Virus record (IMG/VR): IMGVR_UViG_3300044454_000113
Span: 1-40,826 of that record
Strand: one strand, 5' to 3'
DNA length: 40,826 nucleotides
DNA from: a virus
Taxonomy: Duplodnaviria > Caudoviricetes
Shown here: positions 34,810 through 40,826 of the stretch, piece by piece
Numbering within the stretch: the stretch's first letter is position 1
How the letters are laid out: the number at the start of each line of letters is the position of its first letter
Translations under genes and position numbers: made by a program
The notes under the pieces: generated by a model
What the model saw: only the letters and a program-made list of their open reading frames with translations
Database searches by the model: none
What the model was told of the DNA's origin: nothing

Positions 34810-37262
34810 GTATCGACGCGGCGAACCCGCCGCGCGTGATCGTCTATCTCACGCCTGGGGCGGGCACGACGCCGATCGATATCACAGCGTTCCTGTCACA
34901 GCAGAACGCGCCGACGCTCACGACGACGATCGAGAACCCGATCGAGACTAACAGCTTCACTGCCTCTGACGTCACGCTGCAAGGATACGATCCGGCCGGC
35001 TACGTCCGCGGTCTCCTCGCGGGGATTCTTCCTGGCTCCGTCGACTATGGGATCTCGATCTATCTCGGCCTCTGGAACGGCGTGAGCTATGCCTACGATT
35101 ATTCGGCGGACGGGTTCATCGCTCCGTCGACCGTCCAATTCAACCCGAAGGACACGAGTTTCTCCTTCACGGTGATCGGCGCCTCGCGCGGTCTGCAAAC
35201 CACCGATGCGTCGACCCTCTTCCAAAGGCCGGGTTATTTCCCGGGGAAGTGGTTCCTCGCCGCGCCGACATCCCGAATGGATCCCGCGACCCTCACGATC
35301 GCGGCGGCCGGCTCGCCGCTCGGTTGCGACCTCGTTCTTAACGACGTCATCCAACTCGGGACCGCCGAGAAGTTCACGATCCGCTCGATCGTCCCGGATC
35401 CCTCATCGAGTCCGCCGGCATTCTGGACGGTCGGGCTCACGGCCGGAATGGAAAAAGACTACGGTTCGGGAGTCCCGATAACGCTCCTCACGCCGTATCA
35501 GCGGAACATTCCGCTCCAAACGGCGGTCGGGACGCTATTCGCCGCGGCCGGGTTCCCGAACCCGCAATTCTATTATTCGGCGCCGCTCCCGAATCTCGCG
35601 ACGCTATTCGCGACGCCGGTCAATACGACGGGCCTCCCATCCGGGAACGTCTCGGCGCTCGCCGGCCAGGTCGTCGGCGTCGGCGTTCAGGCCCTCGTCG
35701 CCGCGTCTACGCCCTCGGGAACGTACTATGCGACGTCGCCGACGAGCGGATTCTCCCTCCTCGTCCCGCCGCTCGGCGCGACGACGCTCCCGATCGTCGA
35801 CGCGACGCTTGCGCAATCGACCTACCTCAACTCGGGACCGCTCCGAACGTGGACCCGGACGTCGACGCCGCGCTACGGCCTCGACGTGACGATGCGGTTC
35901 TACGGTTACGACATGACGGCGGGGATCCGCTACATCTACACGGTCGTCTATCTCGGCAACGTCCCGACGCCGACGTTCGCGTTCACGACGAAACTAGAGC
36001 GCGAGATTTGGGATCCGGGGATTCTCGCGTGGGTCGGGACGACACTCGAATGGGCCGGCGTGTCGTCGACGACCGATGAGGACTTTTCGCTGCTCTATGA
36101 CTCGATCGGGATCGCGGTCGACCCGGCGAGCGGGAGCGTCCTGTTCACCGACGTCGACGTCGTGTCGGCCGGCGGGCCCGCAACGTTGAACACGTCGAGC
36201 TATGAGCGGGGCGGGGCCGGCCTCGTTCGAAACCGCGCGCCGAACATGAACGGCCCTACGCTGTTCATCCGCGCGGGCGTCGTCGCGATCGTCCAGAACG
36301 ATGGCTATCTCGGCCTCGCGCCGACGATCAACGTCTACTCGGTGACGTCCGCGGGCGTCATGACGTCGACGACCTATAACGTTCCGGTCTCGCCGTTCCT
36401 CGTCGGCCGCTCGCTGAAACATAACTACGGCGACGGGAATTTCTACGCGCTCCAATCCGACCCGGAGAACGGCGTCTATCTCACGTCGTGGACGGGCGAC
36501 GAGACGTTTCGGAACAAGAGCGTCGCCGACTCGTTCATCCTGCCGGCGGCGCCGGCCTCGACGGCGCGGCCTCCCGTCGACCTCATCTGTCAGTCGACCG
36601 TCGGCGGGGCCCTCTCCGGCGTCTATCCGATGTATGCACTCATCGGCGGGACGGTGCTCTACGTCTCGAATCAGCAGACCGGCGTCGTCCCGTACCTCGA
36701 CATGACGGGCCTCTCCGTCGCGGACGCGCTCGGGCAACTCTCGATTCTCGTCGCCGGTATTTTCTACCTCTCGCAGAACGGGAATCGTTGGACGTTCCGC
36801 TCGCGGTCATTCCCAATGCCGGGGAACACGATCGGCACGAACGACCAGATCGACGGCGACGCGGGATTCCTTACGCTCACGACTCAGGGCGTGTTCAACC
36901 GATGGGCCGGATACGTCTCGATAACAAACGAGAACGACGCGACGATCTTCGGGTTCGCCGGGAACGCGGCCTATGCGAGCGCGACCCAAACGGCGTTCGG
37001 GCAAGGCGGCCTCGCCCTCGAGCTCAAATGTCGGTTCGTCTCGAGCTCGTCGTTCGCGACCGCGCTCGCGACGTCGCTGCTCAATTACCTCGGAACGCAG
37101 AAACGTTACATCGAGCTCGAGCGTCTTCGCGACGGGCGGGCGTATGAGGTCGGGCGAACGTTCCATGCGATCGTCGACGGCGCGAGCCGGAATTTCCAAA
37201 TCATTGAGACCGGGCATCCGGTCGTCGGCGTAACCGTGAAGGTCGTCGGCCTCGAGGTCTAA
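34806..37262 (+). CDS. Tail tip/hub protein with large beta-rich insertion
   Basis: ATGA-coupled to TMP; DIT.FL N-terminus, L...V..L and S..DAL.QL....FY hub-like motifs flanking a beta-rich core. Confidence 0.65.
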   Translation: MSIDAANPPRVIVYLTPGAGTTPIDITAFLSQQNAPTLTTTIENPIETNSFTASDVTLQGYDPAGYVRGLLAGILPGSVDYGISIYLGLWNGVSYAYDYSADGFIAPSTVQFNPKDTSFSFTVIGASRGLQTTDASTLFQRPGYFPGKWFLAAPTSRMDPATLTIAAAGSPLGCDLVLNDVIQLGTAEKFTIRSIVPDPSSSPPAFWTVGLTAGMEKDYGSGVPITLLTPYQRNIPLQTAVGTLFAAAGFPNPQFYYSAPLPNLATLFATPVNTTGLPSGNVSALAGQVVGVGVQALVAASTPSGTYYATSPTSGFSLLVPPLGATTLPIVDATLAQSTYLNSGPLRTWTRTSTPRYGLDVTMRFYGYDMTAGIRYIYTVVYLGNVPTPTFAFTTKLEREIWDPGILAWVGTTLEWAGVSSTTDEDFSLLYDSIGIAVDPASGSVLFTDVDVVSAGGPATLNTSSYERGGAGLVRNRAPNMNGPTLFIRAGVVAIVQNDGYLGLAPTINVYSVTSAGVMTSTTYNVPVSPFLVGRSLKHNYGDGNFYALQSDPENGVYLTSWTGDETFRNKSVADSFILPAAPASTARPPVDLICQSTVGGALSGVYPMYALIGGTVLYVSNQQTGVVPYLDMTGLSVADALGQLSILVAGIFYLSQNGNRWTFRSRSFPMPGNTIGTNDQIDGDAGFLTLTTQGVFNRWAGYVSITNENDATIFGFAGNAAYASATQTAFGQGGLALELKCRFVSSSSFATALATSLLNYLGTQKRYIELERLRDGRAYEVGRTFHAIVDGASRNFQIIETGHPVVGVTVKVVGLEV

Positions 37263-37264
37263 CG

Positions 37265-37771
37265 ATGGCATCCGCGACGCATCGCTCTCCGGCGCTCCGG
37301 GTCGTCAACTCCGGAGGCGTCCAAATCGAAGGGCCTTACGAGCTCTCGGTTGTCCCGAACAACGCGCCGGCCAATTACGGCCTCACGCTCGGGACGGTTG
37401 AGGCCCGAGAGGAGACGGTCACGATCGGCCCGTGGCTCAACTTCCAATGGGCGCAGATGAGCTACCTCGTCGGCTATCGCTATCACGTCTCGCTCCGGTT
37501 CTCGATGATCGAATCCGATCCGGCCTCGCTCGTCTACGGGCTCACGCTCCTCCATCGCCTATGGCGGATCGCCGTCGAGTATCAGACGAGCTATGCCGCG
37601 CTGCAGTTCCGGATGTTCTCGACGGGCGCATGGCGCGGCGTCGTCCCGGACGGAACCGAATGGGCGCCGCAACTCATCGCCGGGAAGCAAGGGTTCTACA
37701 CGGCGTCGGTCGATCTCGTCACGCGGGAGATCGTCCCGATCCCGGGCGAATGGGCTCAAGGTCTATGGTGA
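37265..37771 (+). CDS. Minor tail protein (distal-tail-like)
   Basis: 168 aa; GYR..V.L.F strand-helix-strand pattern; tail-module position. Confidence 0.5.
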   Translation: MASATHRSPALRVVNSGGVQIEGPYELSVVPNNAPANYGLTLGTVEAREETVTIGPWLNFQWAQMSYLVGYRYHVSLRFSMIESDPASLVYGLTLLHRLWRIAVEYQTSYAALQFRMFSTGAWRGVVPDGTEWAPQLIAGKQGFYTASVDLVTREIVPIPGEWAQGLW

Positions 37772-38196
37772 CGACGTTCCGGATCCGTCGCGATGCGATG
37801 ACGCAGGACGCTCCGACGACCGGGCAACTGTTCGCCGGAGATCTCTCGCTCTACACGCTCGAGCGCCCCTGGAAGGGCAACGCGCGCGGGATCTCGTGCA
37901 TCCCGATCGGCGTCTATCCGGTGATCGTCGCGCCGTCCGATCACTTCGGGCGGCCGATGCCCCACCTGCTCGACGTACCGGGCCGCTCGGACATCCTCAT
38001 TCACCCGGGGAACACCGTCGCGGACATTCGCGGGTGCATCCTCGTCGGGATGAGCCGTGAGCGCGACGTCCTTCAGTACTCGGCGACGGCCTTCGGCCTG
38101 TTTACCGAGTGGCTCTCCGGCGCGCTTGCGGCCGGGAACGTCGCGCTCGAGATCGAGGTCGTGCCCTTGGAACGTCCAGCGACCGAGGCGGCCTAG
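37765..38196 (+). CDS. DUF5675 family protein, putative endolysin (L,D-transpeptidase-like His/Cys motif)
   Basis: T.G.L...YTLE.PW..N...SCIP.G.Y...L.DVPGRS.ILIHPGN...GCILVG; start is ATG 37765 or GTG 37768. Confidence 0.82.
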   Translation: MVTTFRIRRDAMTQDAPTTGQLFAGDLSLYTLERPWKGNARGISCIPIGVYPVIVAPSDHFGRPMPHLLDVPGRSDILIHPGNTVADIRGCILVGMSRERDVLQYSATAFGLFTEWLSGALAAGNVALEIEVVPLERPATEAA

Positions 38197-38711
38197 ACCG
38201 GTGCGATGCTCTCGGCCGGATCTCCCAGAGCACGAGGCCCGGGACCCGGTTCCGGTTCTGTGGCCGTTTCTCCTGGCGCAGCGGTGTCGGGAGTGTCCGC
38301 CGGCGGAGGATCTGGCACCGCCTCGAGCGGCTTCGCCGGGAGCTCCCGGAGCGGAACCTCCGAGTCGAACCGGAACGCAGCCGACTTCGCCCCGGCCTCC
38401 GTCTCGTCGACTGACTCGATCACGACGCGGGGCGCATGGCGGTAGGCCTCGAGCTGCTCGGCCTCCGAAAGCGTGACCCCGGGGCCGGCCTCGCGGAGCA
38501 GCCAGGCGGCGATGAGCTGGCGGTTCTTGTCGCCGAGCATCTCGATCCGCTCGTCGCGGTGCGAGACATCGGCCTCGAGGACCTCGATTCGGTTCGAGAG
38601 GGTCAGGAACCGGAGCATCGCGGCCCGGAGCTCGATCTTCTCGTTCTTTTCCTTCGCGAGTTCCTCGCGGAGCTTGTCGATACGACCGGGCCTGACGAAG
38701 TCTGACGGCAT
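38193..38711 (-). CDS. Hypothetical coiled-coil protein with Pro/Glu-rich tail
   Basis: AGGAGG RBS; stop codon overlaps the convergent DUF5675 stop (CTAG). Confidence 0.75.
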   Translation of the reverse strand: MPSDFVRPGRIDKLREELAKEKNEKIELRAAMLRFLTLSNRIEVLEADVSHRDERIEMLGDKNRQLIAAWLLREAGPGVTLSEAEQLEAYRHAPRVVIESVDETEAGAKSAAFRFDSEVPLRELPAKPLEAVPDPPPADTPDTAAPGETATEPEPGPGPRALGDPAESIAPV

Positions 38712-38732
38712 GCTGTGGGCCTCCTGGGCGCA

Positions 38733-38761
38733 AGGGTAGACCGACCCCCGGACCGCCGCAA
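38733..38761 (-). promoter_or_regulatory. Putative sigma70 promoter for 38711-38193
   Basis: TTGCGG-17 nt-TACCCT on the minus strand, just upstream of the RBS. Confidence 0.5.
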
Positions 38762-38825
38762 GAGCGCCGCACAGGGCAACGTGGCGCGAAAGCGGCCCAT
38801 CGGACGGGCGTCCCGTGAACGCCTG

Positions 38826-38875
<50 letters not shown>

Positions 38876-38899
38876 ACTAAACGAATGCCCCGCAAGGGG

Positions 38900-40072
38900 T
38901 TACGACGAGGCCGGGGCCGTCCCCCGGCCTTTCCGTTTTCCACTCGTTTCCGCTCGTTTCCGCTGTTCTCCACCGGCGACCGCCGCACGGGCCGCCGCAA
39001 ATTGTGGCGCTCCGGCCCCGAGCGCGGCCGCCGCACGCAGCGTCTCGAACTCGGCGTGCGTGTACCGGCCGACCAGGCGCGTCGTCCGCTGCCCGAGGAG
39101 CGCCGCAATCAAGGCGGGGGAGACGTGGCCGTTCAGAAGCCGGGTCGCGTAGGTCCGGCGCAAGTCGTGGATCGTCTTCCCGCGGATGCCGGTCGTCTCG
39201 CGGGCCGACTCGAGCGCGCGATAGAGCGTCCGCAGGAGGTACGGACGGGAGTTTTCTTGCTGTTCGCGGCTTGATTTTCGGTGCTCGAACACGTAGACGG
39301 CGCCGTCCCGGTGCGGAAGGGACGCGATGACCTCTCGCGCCGCGGCCGTCAGCGGCACGGCGAGCTCGTCGCCCGTCTTCTGCTGGCGGAGCAGGATTCG
39401 GTCGGCCTTGATCGCGTCCCATCGGAGCGCGAGGCCATCGCCGACCCGGAGGCCCGTCGCCAGGAGGAGCGCGAACAGCCGCGCGGCCCATCCGGGGAGC
39501 TCGGCCGTGATCTTGGCGAACTCGTCGGCCGCCCAGGTGACGTGGCGCTCTGGACTCTGGAAGCGCCGGCCAACCTCGAGCTCGCAGAGCGGGTGCGCCT
39601 GGATCGTCTCCTCCCGGCGAGCTCGTCGGAAGGCGGCCCGGAGGATCGCGAGCTGGTCGCCGATCGTCCCGTCCGCATGGCCGTCCGCCCGCATCTTCGC
39701 GACCGCGGCGTCAACGTGAGCGAGCCGGAACGCGCCGGCCCGAAGGTGTCCGTAGGCGTTCGACCATCGCTCGAGCCAGTATCGTTTCGAGGCATAGGTC
39801 GTCGGGGAGTGAGCGGCGAGATACGTGCCGTAGGCCGCGAGGATCCCCGCGATGGTCGCGTTTCCGGCCGGCGTCTCAGGGTCCCCGACGGCCAGGGCCC
39901 GATGGAGCTGCTCCTGGGCGATGCGCTTCTGGTCCGTCGGCGGGTTCGTCCGCCGGTAGATTCGCCGCGAACCGCGAGGCGTCCGAACGTAGAAGACGAG
40001 GTAATACCAGGGCGATTCCCGGATCTTCCCAGCCGCCTTCCATCGGCGCTTTTCGACGTGCGGGCCTCTCAC
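38900..40072 (-). CDS. int: Tyrosine recombinase (phage integrase)
   Basis: TGLR.GD..LRW, QQKTG, HDLRRTYAT, LLGQ...RY; N-terminal arm-binding-like region. Confidence 0.95.
   Translation of the reverse strand: MRGPHVEKRRWKAAGKIRESPWYYLVFYVRTPRGSRRIYRRTNPPTDQKRIAQEQLHRALAVGDPETPAGNATIAGILAAYGTYLAAHSPTTYASKRYWLERWSNAYGHLRAGAFRLAHVDAAVAKMRADGHADGTIGDQLAILRAAFRRARREETIQAHPLCELEVGRRFQSPERHVTWAADEFAKITAELPGWAARLFALLLATGLRVGDGLALRWDAIKADRILLRQQKTGDELAVPLTAAAREVIASLPHRDGAVYVFEHRKSSREQQENSRPYLLRTLYRALESARETTGIRGKTIHDLRRTYATRLLNGHVSPALIAALLGQRTTRLVGRYTHAEFETLRAAAALGAGAPQFAAARAAVAGGEQRKRAETSGKRKGRGTAPASS
38908..38939 (+). terminator. Hairpin/terminator downstream of the tRNA fragment
   Basis: AGGCCGGGG-N5-CCCCGGCCT followed by TTCCGTTTT; a CCCC-GCAA-GGGG hairpin lies just upstream. 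Confidence 0.55.
38937..38966 (+). repeat. Three 10-bp tandem repeats, putative integrase arm-type sites
   Basis: TTTCCACTCG TTTCCGCTCG TTTCCGCTGT, ~60-90 nt from the att core. Confidence 0.55.
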
Positions 40073-40281
40073 TTGACGACGTGGAACGCCCTGCGACGCG
40101 CTGCAACGCCGAGGTTGAAGACAGGGACCCGGAGCTCGACGACGTCGGCGCCGACCCGGTAGACGACGATCCGCGCGCCGCCCTCGAGGCGCGTCCCGAG
40201 AAAGTCGCCATCGGCCGGCGGAGAGATCCCGGCCCGGGCCATGTCGGCGAGAACCATGATCGGAGGGGAGCGGCGCGTCAC
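40069..40281 (-). CDS. Hypothetical protein coupled to int
   Basis: GTGA overlaps at both ends. Confidence 0.6.
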   Translation of the reverse strand: MTRRSPPIMVLADMARAGISPPADGDFLGTRLEGGARIVVYRVGADVVELRVPVFNLGVAARRRAFHVVK

Positions 40282-40319
40282 TTCGTTGAGGGCTCGGTCG
40301 ACGATGCAGCCTTCTTCAT
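40278..40319 (-). CDS. 13-aa micro-ORF MKKAASSTEPSTK
   Basis: AGGAGG 8 nt before ATG; stop overlaps the GTG of the next gene. Confidence 0.45.
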   Translation of the reverse strand: MKKAASSTEPSTK

Positions 40320-40386
40320 TTCCGAGGCCTCCTGAGCCGCCAGTCGGAAATTGGCGTCGGTGGATTCGGCCGCTCCTGAGTCTTAA

Positions 40387-40605
40387 TCACTTGCTGGCCG
40401 TCCCCCTTTTTTTGAACTCGCCGGACCTTGGCCTTGGAGGAGGAGGGCTGTCCGCCCGGAGCAGCTTACGCTCGACTAACGCCTGGACGATAAGCCTACG
40501 AGCGGCCTCGCGCACCGACGGCAGGTCGCTTTCGGTGCGTCGAAACGCCTGGAGCGCCTCCCAGGCTTCCGCGTCCAGCTCGAAGCCGCCCTTCGTGTCA
40601 GCCAT
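40387..40605 (-). CDS. Ribbon-helix-helix regulator, putative repressor (alternative start 40617)
   Basis: FELDAEAWEALQAFRRTESDLPSVREAARRLIVQAL, RHH pattern; first gene of the leftward int operon. Confidence 0.7.
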   Translation of the reverse strand: MADTKGGFELDAEAWEALQAFRRTESDLPSVREAARRLIVQALVERKLLRADSPPPPRPRSGEFKKRGTASK

Positions 40606-40665
40606 GGGGAAATTCATACATCAAGACCCTTGACATTGCAAAGAGGCGGACATATATACATATGT
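40606..40665. promoter_or_regulatory. Overlapping divergent promoters/operators
   Basis: Rightward: TTGACA(40630-35)-17-TATATA(40653-58)-7-ATG. Leftward: TTGCAA(40641-36)-17-TATGAA(40618-13)-7-ATG. Palindrome ATACATATGTAT at 40656-40667. Confidence 0.7.
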
Positions 40666-40826
40666 ATGAACGCACGGAAACCAAGGCCCGACACGACGTA
40701 CGTGAGGCTTGGCGCTCGCCGGCCCGCTCTCCTCCGGGTGAAGAGGGCCGAGAGGCGTCCCTCTCTTTCTAACGTCATCGAAGTCCTCCTTGACGAAGCG
40801 CTCGAGCGGCGGAAGCAGGAAGGGCG
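40666..40826 (+). CDS. Ribbon-helix-helix regulator (Cro/Arc-equivalent), runs off window end
   Basis: MNARKPRPDTTYVRLGARRPALLRVKRAERRPSLSNVIEVLLDEALERRKQEG; strand-helix-helix pattern; not in ORF track. Confidence 0.7.
   Translation, partial: MNARKPRPDTTYVRLGARRPALLRVKRAERRPSLSNVIEVLLDEALERRKQEG

Overview
Near-complete ~40.8 kb GC-rich temperate tailed phage (siphovirus-like) seen in its excised, circularly permuted form. An attP containing the 3' half of a tRNA-Gly(GCC) lies internally at ~38826-38875, next to a tyrosine integrase. The window ends appear to split one rightward early operon. Left to right it encodes: early/regulatory and recombination genes (HNH-RHH fusion, CII-like, Xis-like, endonuclease VII, RecE-like exonuclease, DUF1064); a DnaB-like helicase split over two genes plus a palindrome-rich putative origin; TerS, TerL, portal and MuF; an unusual ~10 kb insert of membrane/lysis-like genes and fibre genes; protease-scaffold, major capsid, neck, tail tube, chaperone, tape measure and tail tip; a DUF5675 endolysin candidate; attP/int; and a divergent pair of ribbon-helix-helix regulators. 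Two observations stand out. First, two virion-type proteins (a 1731-aa fibre and the tail tube) carry N-terminal export/membrane leaders. Second, the apparent lysis-lysogeny switch is built from two RHH genes with symmetric, overlapping, apparently leaderless promoters rather than HTH CI/Cro. All family calls come from motif recognition by eye; no database searches were run.
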